From the NCBI GenBank assembly GCA_017411605.1, contig JAFQPR010000090.1, forward strand, positions 3,761 through 67,760: a stretch of DNA of 64,000 nucleotides. Reading direction: 5' to 3'. How positions within the stretch are numbered: position 1 is the first letter of the stretch; each line of letters opens with the position of its first letter. Shown in pieces: positions 43,889 to 53,581 of the stretch. The DNA is from Clostridia bacterium. Its GTDB lineage: Bacteria > Bacillota > Clostridia > Oscillospirales > CAG-272. The notes beneath the pieces are model-generated. The model did no database searches and had not been told where the DNA came from. It saw only the letters and a list, made by a program, of their open reading frames with translations. Made by a program: the position numbers and the translations under genes.

Positions 43889-45412
43889 TTACTTATAATA
43901 TCCGCACGCAAAGAGCCACTGCGAGTCCTCATATGCGTGAATACCGAGATTCTCCGCCCATCCCTCGCCGTCGGCAAAGAAGCGCTGGGATATCGAGTAT
44001 TTCTGTAAAAACTCAGCAAGCTCCTTCGTTACGGGAGCAACTCCGTCCGCATTGCAAAGCTGAGCGTATCCCACCTTATTCATAAGCTCGGGTGGACACT
44101 GCCTGCATCCGGGGCGGCAATTCTTGCACCCCGTCGGGCAAGCGCGGTTGACCTCGGTCGCGCTGTGGCACGGGCAATCGTTAAGGCAATAGAACCCACC
44201 CGAGGCAAGAGCCTCCCAGCCCTCAATGAACTGCTTATGATTCTCATAGCCGTTTACGGTAAGGTTACTGTTTCCCGCAGCCTCAATCTCGGTGAACGCC
44301 GTAACAAAACGGCACGCCTTTGAAACGTAAGCTACGAGTATCGGTCCGTAACCGTCGGTCGTGGCATATTTTTCCTCATCGTAAACGTGGTAAACACCGT
44401 CGCCGCCGTCCTCGATTTCCCATATCTTATAGTTTCGAGCATCGAAAACGTAAGCTCCGGGCTTCTCATTTCCGTCTTTATCGAGGTAAAGAGTTTCAGC
44501 TCCGACGATAGTTCCGCCCGCCATCGCGTCAAACGCGTCGAAATCAAAATGCGAAAAATCCGCGCTGACAGGTACCATAACCTTCTCTGCTCGGTTATAG
44601 TCAAAGCCGCCGTCGCGCTTTATCGCGAACGAATAGGTTATAGGATAAACACCGCTCTTGTTCTCTGCCGTAACCGCAAAGGTAAAGGTTACCGAGCCGC
44701 CGCCCGAGCTTATATTCTCGTCGGCTATCTTGACCGTATGCACGAAGTTTCTCGTAAAGCTTCCGACAGCGCCAAGATCAGTCACCTCATACTCGCCGTA
44801 TTTATAGTGCGAGCTTCCGAGGTATGCGTAAGCGATAGGATTAATCTCATCCTCAGCCGTGCTCGCCCAGCTCTCAACGCTATACACGCCGTTGATCTGC
44901 GGAGCATACTCAAAGTAGACACGCTCCCCGGGCTCTTTAATGGTTACCGAGTAAATACCCGTGTCCATAATATGCATACAGTTATCAAGCGAGTCGCCCG
45001 CTCCGATAACGATATTAAGGTCGTGAAGCTCGATCGTGATATTTCGATTGAAGTTCGTTGCCTCGTATCCGTTAACGTCATATGCATATCCCGTAGGGCA
45101 GGATGAAAGAGTTACCTTATAATCTCCGTCAAGACCGTCTATTCGCGCGATTCCCATCTCATCTAAGGGAGCGACGAAGATATCAAAGCCGTCATCCCAA
45201 TATACGTCGATCGCCGTCGTGGGCGCGAACGCCTCGCCGTGATAGGTAAGCGATACTGTAAAATCATTCGTCGGATCATCGTCAAGCTCGGGCGCGTTAC
45301 TGCCGCCCCCGCCGCCCGAATTTACGGGCGGCTTATACTCGGAGCAGGAGAAAAGAGATACAAATGAAACTGCAAACACTAGTAATATGCAAACTATTCT
45401 TTTCATATTCAT
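43889..45412 (-). CDS. 507-aa lipoprotein with a Cys-rich C-terminal segment; last gene of the MoxR/vWA operon
   Basis: MNMKRIVCILLVFAVSFVSLFS|C lipobox. CLNDCPCHSATEVNRACPTGCKNCRPGCRQCPPE. ATGA overlap with the upstream vWA gene. Confidence 0.75.
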   Translation of the reverse strand: MNMKRIVCILLVFAVSFVSLFSCSEYKPPVNSGGGGGSNAPELDDDPTNDFTVSLTYHGEAFAPTTAIDVYWDDGFDIFVAPLDEMGIARIDGLDGDYKVTLSSCPTGYAYDVNGYEATNFNRNITIELHDLNIVIGAGDSLDNCMHIMDTGIYSVTIKEPGERVYFEYAPQINGVYSVESWASTAEDEINPIAYAYLGSSHYKYGEYEVTDLGAVGSFTRNFVHTVKIADENISSGGGSVTFTFAVTAENKSGVYPITYSFAIKRDGGFDYNRAEKVMVPVSADFSHFDFDAFDAMAGGTIVGAETLYLDKDGNEKPGAYVFDARNYKIWEIEDGGDGVYHVYDEEKYATTDGYGPILVAYVSKACRFVTAFTEIEAAGNSNLTVNGYENHKQFIEGWEALASGGFYCLNDCPCHSATEVNRACPTGCKNCRPGCRQCPPELMNKVGYAQLCNADGVAPVTKELAEFLQKYSISQRFFADGEGWAENLGIHAYEDSQWLFACGYYK

Positions 45413-48099
45413 AGTTTTTTATCTCCTTTCTTCATCTTTTTAAAGAAGTTACAAATATCCTTCCATCTGGTCTTTCTTATGAATATCTCAATCACGAGAA
45501 GCGCCGCGGCAAGCGCTAGAAGCGGTATTCTGAAGCTATACTCGTACGTTGCTACCTCGCTCTTATTTATCTCAAGATCAACGCCGCCGTCGGTATATAC
45601 TTTGCCGATATTTCTCATAAAGTTGTAAACAGCCGAGATATCTCTTGCGTAGAATTCATCGTACTCGTTCTGATAGGAAACGTTATAGTAGGTGCTTGAG
45701 GTAAAGCTGTGAGTTCCGTACGAATAGGTCACCTCAATACCGTATTTGCCTATATCACCAAGCTCGCACAAAGCATAAAATCTATTACGGTCAAAGACCA
45801 TCGCCTGCTCCGTAACTGTGCCGTCGGGAGCAGTAATTTTGAGCATCGCCTTAGCACGGGGCGTTAGATACGCGGGTATTATTTCAACAGTTGACTCACC
45901 CGACGCATAATTCACGCGAACGTCGTACGGATAATCTATACGCTCGGCTGGAGTATTCGTCACAAGCAAGTTGCCAAAGAAGAGAGCGCGCGTTGAATTA
46001 TCCCATCCGTCAAGCCAATCTCCCGATAGACCGGAGGTGAAGCTCGCTATCCTTCCGTTTCCGTGGTCGCGGTACGCATAAAGCGGCACGGGTACGGTGG
46101 TATCGGCATTTTTCTGATAATCAACCGTAAGCACGGTCGTGGCATCTGCCTTCGGCTTGGAATTAATATAACCGTATATATCCGGCAGCTCTGATATACC
46201 GAGAAGCGTTTTATCACGGTAAGAAACGATATTAACGGGAGTCTTTTTCTCAATTACCGACTCGGTAAGATCGTCTGCAATCGTAGCAAACACAAGCTCG
46301 GATATCTCCTCCGCCCTCTCTACCGAATAATGAGTTCCGCCGCCCGCCTCGGCAATCGCGGGAAGCATATTTCTTCCGTCCGCGCTTATAATACTTATCG
46401 CGGAAACGGTGATATTATGCTTTACGTAAAGCTCGCTCGCAAGCGCTATAGCGTCCTCGTTCTCGTGCGAATACGAGATACCGTCGCTTATTATCATTAC
46501 CTGACTCTCACCGAATGAGAGATCTTTAATGTTACTGTACGCCTGCTCGAGAGCCGCGCCGATAAGAGTTCCCTGATAAGGCTCGGCATTCTGTATCTCG
46601 CGGTAGAGCCACTGCCTGTATGTTATTCTCTCGCCGGAGGTGCTTTCCTCAAAATCAACGACGTCGCCGAGCTTCATCGGCTTCCACCCCTCCTCGACAA
46701 GCACCTTACCCGCAAACGGAACGTAAACAACGCTGTCATTATCGTCAAGCAGGGAGATAAGCTTCGTTGCCGCATCCTTCGCAATAGTCAGCTGCGACAT
46801 ATCGTACATACTTCTTGATACGTCAAGCAGGATAGTGTAAAGCTTCTCGTCTTTATTCGCGTTGCCGTAGCTTACGGGAAGAAGCTCTTCAAGCTTCGAG
46901 AAGACCTCGTGATCCTTGTTCTGCATAGAGAGGTCACCCATAGTGATAAGGCTCTTTCCAAACCTCGAAACCACGGTATCAACGGAATCGACGAACGCGT
47001 TTATATTATTAATCCGTCTTATATCAACGTTTGAGAGGATTATCTCATCGTAGAGCGAAAGCTGCTCTACAGTGTAAGGAATATCCCTTTTTCTTACGTA
47101 AGCGTCAACTTCGGCGGCATCACCGTAAAGAGCCTTTAACAGAAGGAAGTCCATATCGTTATCCGTGATGAGGAGTATCTGCCTCCTGCCCTCGACCTTC
47201 TGGGTAAAGGTGAAAAGGTTATTATGCTCCGAGGAGTCACCATCGGACTTAAGCTCGGCTCTGTAATCGTAAACGCCCGCCGCGTCCGTAGGAAGGTCAA
47301 ATGAGAGTATGTTTATACCCTTCTCTGCTTTCATTACCTCGGTATCGAGCTTTACGTATTCGCTCTCGCCCTCAGCGCGCCTGTAAAGATCAAGTATAAC
47401 GTCACAGTCGGTATTCGCCTCAACCAAAACCTTGAGCACCGATTCGTGGTCGATATATGTCGATGCTGTGTATTCGGCATCGGATATCTGAACCTCGCCG
47501 TCTCCTTCCTTAAGGTTGGAGTTTACGTATACCGTGTCAAGCTTTATCTCCTTCGCGCGGAGTCTTTCAACCGCGGACACAACGCTTCCCTCTCGGTTTG
47601 TATCGCATCCGTCGGTAATGAGGATTATCCTCTTAAGCTCACCCTCGCTGAAGAGCGTTGAGGTATAATCAAGCGCCGCGGCAATATCCGTTCCGCCGTC
47701 ATCCACCTTAGCCTCGCTGACACTCTTTACCTCTGTGCCCGACGAGGTAAGAATAACGCTGTCCTTACCGAAGCATACTATGCCGAGCCTCGAATTCTGC
47801 GGCATAGAGTCCTCGATCTCTTTAATGTAGCCGTCCATCTCATCGAAGTTGTCCTTCATTGAATACGAAACGTCCGCAACAACGTACACCTTAGTCCTCG
47901 TCATAACCGACGTATACGTAAGACCCGCGGCTGCGAGCGTTACCGAAACGATTATAACTGCGTGTATGATTATTGATGCTATAAATCCGCGGCTCCTGTT
48001 ATCCTTGTTCATCGAGATGATGACGGGAATAATGAGAGCTAAGAGCAGCGGTATTGCAAGAAGCAACCAGTACGGATTATCGAAGCTGATACTTTTCAT
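45409..48099 (-). CDS. Membrane-anchored protein with two von Willebrand factor A domains (about 896 aa)
   Basis: Two MIDAS motifs, VVADVSYSM...GGTDIAAAL...LITDG and ILLDVSRSM...GTLIGAAL...IISDG. TM helices at the N-terminus and extreme C-terminus. ATG 48099 is preferred to the ORF-track TTG 48138. Confidence 0.8.
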   Translation of the reverse strand: MKSISFDNPYWLLLAIPLLLALIIPVIISMNKDNRSRGFIASIIIHAVIIVSVTLAAAGLTYTSVMTRTKVYVVADVSYSMKDNFDEMDGYIKEIEDSMPQNSRLGIVCFGKDSVILTSSGTEVKSVSEAKVDDGGTDIAAALDYTSTLFSEGELKRIILITDGCDTNREGSVVSAVERLRAKEIKLDTVYVNSNLKEGDGEVQISDAEYTASTYIDHESVLKVLVEANTDCDVILDLYRRAEGESEYVKLDTEVMKAEKGINILSFDLPTDAAGVYDYRAELKSDGDSSEHNNLFTFTQKVEGRRQILLITDNDMDFLLLKALYGDAAEVDAYVRKRDIPYTVEQLSLYDEIILSNVDIRRINNINAFVDSVDTVVSRFGKSLITMGDLSMQNKDHEVFSKLEELLPVSYGNANKDEKLYTILLDVSRSMYDMSQLTIAKDAATKLISLLDDNDSVVYVPFAGKVLVEEGWKPMKLGDVVDFEESTSGERITYRQWLYREIQNAEPYQGTLIGAALEQAYSNIKDLSFGESQVMIISDGISYSHENEDAIALASELYVKHNITVSAISIISADGRNMLPAIAEAGGGTHYSVERAEEISELVFATIADDLTESVIEKKTPVNIVSYRDKTLLGISELPDIYGYINSKPKADATTVLTVDYQKNADTTVPVPLYAYRDHGNGRIASFTSGLSGDWLDGWDNSTRALFFGNLLVTNTPAERIDYPYDVRVNYASGESTVEIIPAYLTPRAKAMLKITAPDGTVTEQAMVFDRNRFYALCELGDIGKYGIEVTYSYGTHSFTSSTYYNVSYQNEYDEFYARDISAVYNFMRNIGKVYTDGGVDLEINKSEVATYEYSFRIPLLALAAALLVIEIFIRKTRWKDICNFFKKMKKGDKKL

Positions 48100-49924
48100 A
48101 GCAATATACCATCCAATCCGCACAAACAGCAAGTGCAAGTATTATCAAGATGATCACGATAGGGTCAAACTCTCCGTCGGTCATCTCGTATTCTCTATCG
48201 CCCGTAAGAGCAAAGCTCTCAAGACCGCTCTCGGGCGCGCTTTCCTCGGAGGGTGCCGAGGAATATATTTTAGTTATCTTTTTCTCACCCGAAAGGGTGT
48301 ATTCAACCGTATAAGTGCCAACCTTATCAAGTGTGAAGGCGGCAACGTCGGCAGATGTATCGATGTAAATTTCTTCCCCGTCGGGTGCTGTTGCCTTGAC
48401 GTTGTTTACCTGCGCGGTAATATTTATCCTTGCGTCCTCACCGCAAACGTATGCAGCGCTCGGGGTGATATCTGGGCAGGAATACTTAAGAAGGTTTCCG
48501 AGAAGAGCAACGTAATCGGTCGAAAGCGCGAAGTCCGACTTGTGGATATCGAAGCCGATAACGACCTCACGGTTTCCAAGTCCGTTCGTTCCCGCAAAAA
48601 TCAGAGGATTGAGACCAACCGAGAAGAGCGTCGTGAACTTCGTATACATACCGCTATACTTAACGTACTCCGAAATCATTATATCTTTTCCCGAAATACC
48701 GTGAAGAAGCTCCTGCGCCGAGGTCGACGTGGATGCCGACATAATGATTTCACAAGGCGCATCAAGCTCAACCACGCCTCTTGCGCCAAAGCCCGAATCA
48801 TCGACGTTTTTACTTGAGTTCACAAGCCATACCGCCGAATCGGGAAGCGTCTCGGGAGTAAAGGACTCGAAGATATAAAGACCGTAGCCCTCATCATTCT
48901 TGTATTTGTCGGGAGAGATAACGTCAACCTTAGCGTCCGTCAGAACGTCAAGCGCCGCCTCAAAGAAGAATGGCGTATCACTGACTATAAGAACGCTGTA
49001 TGACGTTTCATTTTTATGGTTATAGCTGATAAACTCGTTATCCGCCATAAGCGCGTCGCGATTTTTTATAACAACGCGGAAGCTCTCATACGCATCCGTC
49101 TTATGTGTAAATTCCACGCGAGCGGGCGCACCCGCAGAAGCCGAAACGCTCTCCCTTGCGGCAGCCGTCTTGCCGCCATCAACGTAAAGCTCGACCTCAA
49201 TTTCCTTATCGGAAGAATAAGAAACAATGTCGGCACTCACAGAAAGCTCGCCGCCCATAAATACAGATGCAACGTTATTTATCGCAAAGTTATCCTCGTT
49301 TTGTAAACCTACATTTACAATTTCAATATTTTCGTGGCTATTAACATTCTTATCGGTGAAGAGATATACCAAGAATGAACGGTTATCATCATAATATTTC
49401 TGCGCTACCGAAAGAGCATCCGAGTAAGCGACAGTACCGTCGGAGCACTGCAGGTCGTCCAGCATATCCTTTGCGACCTTTTTGTCGGTAATGCGCTCGT
49501 ATGTAACGCTCGCCTCCGACGCAAGATTTATAAGAGTAAAGGTGCTTCCGCCCTTCGCACCGTTGATCACGTCCTCTATTTCATCCTTCGCGCGCTCGTA
49601 TCTCGTTTCCGAGCCGTCCTTCATATTCATGCTTCCGGAGCCATCGAGCACGAAGCAGTATTCGCCTGCCGACTCGGGAATCACGAAAACGGGTCTTGCT
49701 ATTGCAAGAGCTATCATAGTGACCGTCAGTATCTGAAGTATCAGGCTGATAATTCCCGTAAGACCGCTCAGGGGATTTCTTCTCTTGAAGAATTTTTCGC
49801 TAAGCTCCCATAGGTAGGTCGATGGAATGGTCTGCTCGTTGAACTTATTTCTGAGAATGTATATAAGAACGATAAGCGGCACCGCGATAAGCGCAAGCAG
49901 TCCTATCGGATTTAAAAAGGTCAT
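48077..49924 (-). CDS. BatA-like protein: aerotolerance-regulator N-terminal TM domain plus a vWA domain (about 615 aa)
   Basis: MTFLNPIGLLALIAVPLIVLIYILR (BatA_N signature). MIDAS FVLDGSGSM. C-terminal TM helix. ATGA overlap with the DUF58 gene at 49921-49924. Confidence 0.8.
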   Translation of the reverse strand: MTFLNPIGLLALIAVPLIVLIYILRNKFNEQTIPSTYLWELSEKFFKRRNPLSGLTGIISLILQILTVTMIALAIARPVFVIPESAGEYCFVLDGSGSMNMKDGSETRYERAKDEIEDVINGAKGGSTFTLINLASEASVTYERITDKKVAKDMLDDLQCSDGTVAYSDALSVAQKYYDDNRSFLVYLFTDKNVNSHENIEIVNVGLQNEDNFAINNVASVFMGGELSVSADIVSYSSDKEIEVELYVDGGKTAAARESVSASAGAPARVEFTHKTDAYESFRVVIKNRDALMADNEFISYNHKNETSYSVLIVSDTPFFFEAALDVLTDAKVDVISPDKYKNDEGYGLYIFESFTPETLPDSAVWLVNSSKNVDDSGFGARGVVELDAPCEIIMSASTSTSAQELLHGISGKDIMISEYVKYSGMYTKFTTLFSVGLNPLIFAGTNGLGNREVVIGFDIHKSDFALSTDYVALLGNLLKYSCPDITPSAAYVCGEDARINITAQVNNVKATAPDGEEIYIDTSADVAAFTLDKVGTYTVEYTLSGEKKITKIYSSAPSEESAPESGLESFALTGDREYEMTDGEFDPIVIILIILALAVCADWMVYCYEKYQLR

Positions 49925-50808
49925 TTTATCACCTCCAGATCCGTAAGTCTGCCGAAGAACAGATCCGCCATAGGCGCATACGCGGGCACAAGCAGATAGT
50001 TTGCCCCGCGCGACTCGCAAAAGAGTCTTATTCTGTCGGTCGAGTACTTAAGCGCTTCTTTATAAGCAAGGACCACGTCCTTGTCTATTTTTTTACGGAA
50101 ATACCTCGATGCGTTCTCCGAGTCGAAGAGGTGCATTTTTCCTCTTATCTGTGGGTTTAACTCCTCACGGGACAGCACCTGCAGGCAGATAACGTCTCTT
50201 TTCTGCTCGCAAAGGCGATCTATCGCAGCCTCGTAATTCTCATCTGTGAGAAAGTCGGATATAATAACAGAGATACCGTCACCTCTGCCCACCTTCGACG
50301 GAACAATAGCATCGCTTATCCTCGCATCACCGTAAAACTCTACGCTGTTAAGCTTATCTATGCAGTTAAGGTAAGAGTCCTTACCCGAAACGTCGGCTAT
50401 TACCTCGGTAAGTTCACCGCCGTGTATAGCAAAAATCGACACCTTATCCATCTCTGCCACGGAAAGATAAGCAAACGCCGCGGCTATTTTTATCGCCTCG
50501 GTCGCCTTCTCGTCCTCCTCGGAATGATCCATAGAACGGCTCGCGTCAATATATATCCTCGTATGCATACGGCGCTCGTCGTAATAAAGCTTCTGATAGA
50601 GCTTCTCAAAGCGCATATAGGCATTCCAGTCTATCTTCGTTATGTCGTCCCCGGGCACGTAATCCCTATAATCCGCAAACTCGGAGGATGATCCGAAGGT
50701 GCGGCTTCGTCGGTTACCGCCAAAGGAGCCGGCAATATTGTTTTTGAGTACCGTCTCGAGCAGCTCAAGCTCCCCGAGAAAGGCCTCATCTATTGCAATT
50801 CTTTTCAT
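49921..50808 (-). CDS. DUF58-family protein (MoxR-associated, vWA-like)
   Basis: DYRDYVPGDDITKIDWNAYMRFEKLYQKLYYDERRMHTRIYIDASRSM is the typical DUF58 signature. Directly abuts the MoxR gene. Confidence 0.8.
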   Translation of the reverse strand: MKRIAIDEAFLGELELLETVLKNNIAGSFGGNRRSRTFGSSSEFADYRDYVPGDDITKIDWNAYMRFEKLYQKLYYDERRMHTRIYIDASRSMDHSEEDEKATEAIKIAAAFAYLSVAEMDKVSIFAIHGGELTEVIADVSGKDSYLNCIDKLNSVEFYGDARISDAIVPSKVGRGDGISVIISDFLTDENYEAAIDRLCEQKRDVICLQVLSREELNPQIRGKMHLFDSENASRYFRKKIDKDVVLAYKEALKYSTDRIRLFCESRGANYLLVPAYAPMADLFFGRLTDLEVIK

Positions 50809-51834
50809 TTAACGAACCTTTTTTGTTTCTTTGATTATCTGACCGATAACGGCATCCGTAGTGAGCTTATCATTGACAGCGCTGAAGTTCAGCTTTATTC
50901 TGTGTCTTAAAACGCTCGTTGCAAGCGCGTCGATATCCTCGTAGGATACGTTGAATCTTCCCTCCATAAGAGCGCGTACCTTTGCCGCGGTAACGAGCGC
51001 CTGAGCGGCTCTCGGGGATGCTCCGTATTTGAGATACTTCTTTGCCGAGGGAGCGCTTGTCTCAAGCTCGGGATGAGTATTGGAGACGAGTCTTACGGTG
51101 TAATCAAGAATATCGTCTACGATCGGAACCTTTGACGCAAGCTCTCTCATAGCGAGGATATCCGCGCCGTTAACAACCGCGCTTGCGGTTTCCTTCATAG
51201 TTATCTGAGTCATCTTTACGATACCCGCAAGCTCCTCTACTCCCGGGAAGCCGACGATGAGCTTGAACATAAAGCGGTCCATCTGCGCCTCGGGAAGCGG
51301 ATACGTACCGTCCTGCTCTATAGGGTTCTCGGTTGCGAGAACGAAGAAGGGCTCTTTTATTCTGTAAGTAACGTTATTTACGGTAACCTTATGCTCCTGC
51401 ATTACCTCAAGCATCGCGGACTGAGTTTTTGGAGTCGCGCGGTTGATCTCGTCGGCAAGAACGAGGTTTGCGAAAATCGGGCCGGGACGGAACTTTGTAT
51501 TAAGTCTGCCGTTCTCGTCCTTTTCGACAACGTTGGTACCGGTTACGTCGGACGGCATAAGATCGGGGGTGAACTGAATTCTCGAGAACGGGAGGGACAA
51601 TACCTTACCGAGCGAGCGTACAAGTCTTGTCTTTCCAACACCGGGAACACCCTCAAGAAGCACGTTACCGCCCGCAACTATCGCGATGATAACGTTCTCT
51701 ATTACGTCGGTCTGACCTACCACGTCCTTTGCAAGCTCGGACTTTATCTTCGCGACCTTACCCGCAAAGAATCTTACCTCTTCAAGCTCTGCCGAAGCAG
51801 CCTCTGCATTTACGTTTATGTTTTTATCTTCCAT
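50809..51834 (-). CDS. MoxR-family AAA+ ATPase
   Basis: VLLEGVPGVGKTRLVRSLG (Walker A). FTPDLMPSDVTGT. VLADEINRATPKTQSAMLEVMQE (Walker B). ATG 51834 with GAGAGGA SD is preferred to the longer ORF-track start at 51894. Confidence 0.85.
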   Translation of the reverse strand: MEDKNINVNAEAASAELEEVRFFAGKVAKIKSELAKDVVGQTDVIENVIIAIVAGGNVLLEGVPGVGKTRLVRSLGKVLSLPFSRIQFTPDLMPSDVTGTNVVEKDENGRLNTKFRPGPIFANLVLADEINRATPKTQSAMLEVMQEHKVTVNNVTYRIKEPFFVLATENPIEQDGTYPLPEAQMDRFMFKLIVGFPGVEELAGIVKMTQITMKETASAVVNGADILAMRELASKVPIVDDILDYTVRLVSNTHPELETSAPSAKKYLKYGASPRAAQALVTAAKVRALMEGRFNVSYEDIDALATSVLRHRIKLNFSAVNDKLTTDAVIGQIIKETKKVR

Positions 51835-51847
51835 CGTTTTTATCCTC

Positions 51848-53359
51848 TCAATCCTTTTCAAGTCCGCTGTAAAGAAGCGCGAAATATTTTTCAATAGCTT
51901 TTATTTGTTCATCGGTATACGCATATCTGTTGCTGTTCAGCTTTTCTATCATCAGCGTATTATACGTTGCGTAAAGAGTGCCGTACGTTACGTATTTTCC
52001 GGTAACGGGGTCAAGCACAAGATCGTCCGAGCCAAAGGTCGCGCCTTCGCCGACGCCTCCGCCCGAGCCCTGCTGCGAATCGTCATTATTATCGCCCAAG
52101 CCGCCCGTTTCCTTGAGTGTCGGACGTTCGAATTCGGGTATCATCACCGCAAAGAGGGAGGCAAGCTTTTTCTGCACGTACTCACCTACGTTTGCGTTTG
52201 TTTTCAGTTTCGATACCGCGCTGTAAAGCTCATCAGCCATTAAGTCAACGGTATTCCCTACCTCTTCGAGAAGTATATCGTAAATCTTTCCTGCGGATGC
52301 CGCATGTATCACACGGAAGCCCGAAAGCTCTCCGCCTTCGGCAGATATAAGCTTTATTATCGCGGCTGCCAGCACGTCGCCCTTATCTATGCCCGAGGAG
52401 TTCAGCGCGGAGTCCGCCTTCATCGAGGTATCCTCGAGCGCCCATTTTATCCGCTGAATAAGCTCGGCATCGGTTATATTCTCCGACTCTGCCGTCTCGC
52501 GGAAATCGAACGTCGCGGAAAACGCCTTGTAGCTTTCCATATATTCGCCCCAAGAGAGAGCCTCGTTTTCGGTCCATCCCGACGTATCAAGCGCCGTTGC
52601 GAGAGCCTTAAGATGAATATTCTCCGTAGCCCACATGGCGTTAAGTATCTCCGTAGCAGAAGAAGAATCGTACGTCGCCTCGGCTATCACCGTAAGTGAC
52701 GATGCGAGCGCTGCCTGCATCTTTGGCTCGGTATCGGCATCACGAAGAGCCGCAAGAAGCACTCCGAGCTCATTTGATATCACCGTTTTGTAAGGCTCGT
52801 CCATCTTTGATGCGGAAACGTAGTCAATAAGCTCCTCAAGTCCCGCTACCTGCATATCGGATATTTTGAAGGGTGGGATATACTCGGGCGGCTCCTGCCA
52901 CTCTGCTTTTTTAATGATAAGTCCCACGGTAAGGCAAGCTATACCAAGTAAAAGCGCGGCTATGTATATCCAAAGATTTTTGATTTTAAATTCCTTATCG
53001 GAATGCTCTCCGAGCACCCTCTCGGCATCCTCGCGCTGAAGCGCCGTCATAGCTCCGCCGACATCACGGTATGCAACCATCGTCTGCGCTCGCTCGGCAA
53101 GCCCGAGCTCACGGTCAAGCCTTTTCGCTACCGACCGCTCCGACACTTTTGTCAGAAGAAAGAAGAGGCAGAAGCCTATCGCGGCGGCAAGCAGACCGAA
53201 AAGCGCGGCATAGAGCGGTAACAAAGCGATAATCTCACGCTTTATCAGAATCAGCAGCGCTCCCGACACAGTCATTCCCGATGCCGACGCGGCAGATACC
53301 GTTTTGATAAGGCGAGCTTTATTGGCTTTGCTTATAAATCTCTTAAAACTTTCGCCCAT
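51848..53359 (-). CDS. 503-aa membrane protein of unknown family; first gene of the MoxR operon
   Basis: Three TM helices near the N-terminus. The large remaining domain ends with a Gly/Asp-rich patch (GGLGDNNDDSQQGSGGGVGEG). AGGAG SD. Confidence 0.6.
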   Translation of the reverse strand: MGESFKRFISKANKARLIKTVSAASASGMTVSGALLILIKREIIALLPLYAALFGLLAAAIGFCLFFLLTKVSERSVAKRLDRELGLAERAQTMVAYRDVGGAMTALQREDAERVLGEHSDKEFKIKNLWIYIAALLLGIACLTVGLIIKKAEWQEPPEYIPPFKISDMQVAGLEELIDYVSASKMDEPYKTVISNELGVLLAALRDADTEPKMQAALASSLTVIAEATYDSSSATEILNAMWATENIHLKALATALDTSGWTENEALSWGEYMESYKAFSATFDFRETAESENITDAELIQRIKWALEDTSMKADSALNSSGIDKGDVLAAAIIKLISAEGGELSGFRVIHAASAGKIYDILLEEVGNTVDLMADELYSAVSKLKTNANVGEYVQKKLASLFAVMIPEFERPTLKETGGLGDNNDDSQQGSGGGVGEGATFGSDDLVLDPVTGKYVTYGTLYATYNTLMIEKLNSNRYAYTDEQIKAIEKYFALLYSGLEKD

Positions 53360-53408
53360 AAATACTCCTAAATTTTTGTATATTATTTAAAATATGGTCA
53401 ACAGGAAC

Positions 53409-53437
53409 ATTATACCACCAACTCCGACAAAAGTCAA
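53409..53437 (-). promoter_or_regulatory. Sigma70-type promoter of the MoxR operon
   Basis: Minus strand reads TTGACT (53432-37), a 17-nt spacer, then an extended -10 TGgTATAAT (TATAAT = 53409-14). Confidence 0.65.
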
Positions 53438-53581
53438 TGAATATATTATGAATTAATCGGAGAGCTGCATAACGAGCAAAAAAAGAACGCCCACAGTACA
53501 CTTTAACCGTATACCGTAAGCGTTTTGCGAGAGCTTTGGGCAAAGCTCGTATTTCCTCTGCCCCGAGCTCTCGCGCTTTAT

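Noticed and set aside
47849-48817. 322-aa plus-strand ORF
   Set aside because: It is antisense across the junction of the two vWA genes, whose MIDAS and BatA_N motifs clearly define the minus strand as coding.
53521-53575. Long imperfect hairpin (GCGAGAGCT...GGGCA...TGCCC...AGCTCTCGC) after the VirD4-like gene, considered as a terminator
   Set aside because: On the transcribed (minus) strand it is followed by AAAACG rather than a U-run. It may still pause or terminate transcription, but it does not meet intrinsic-terminator criteria.
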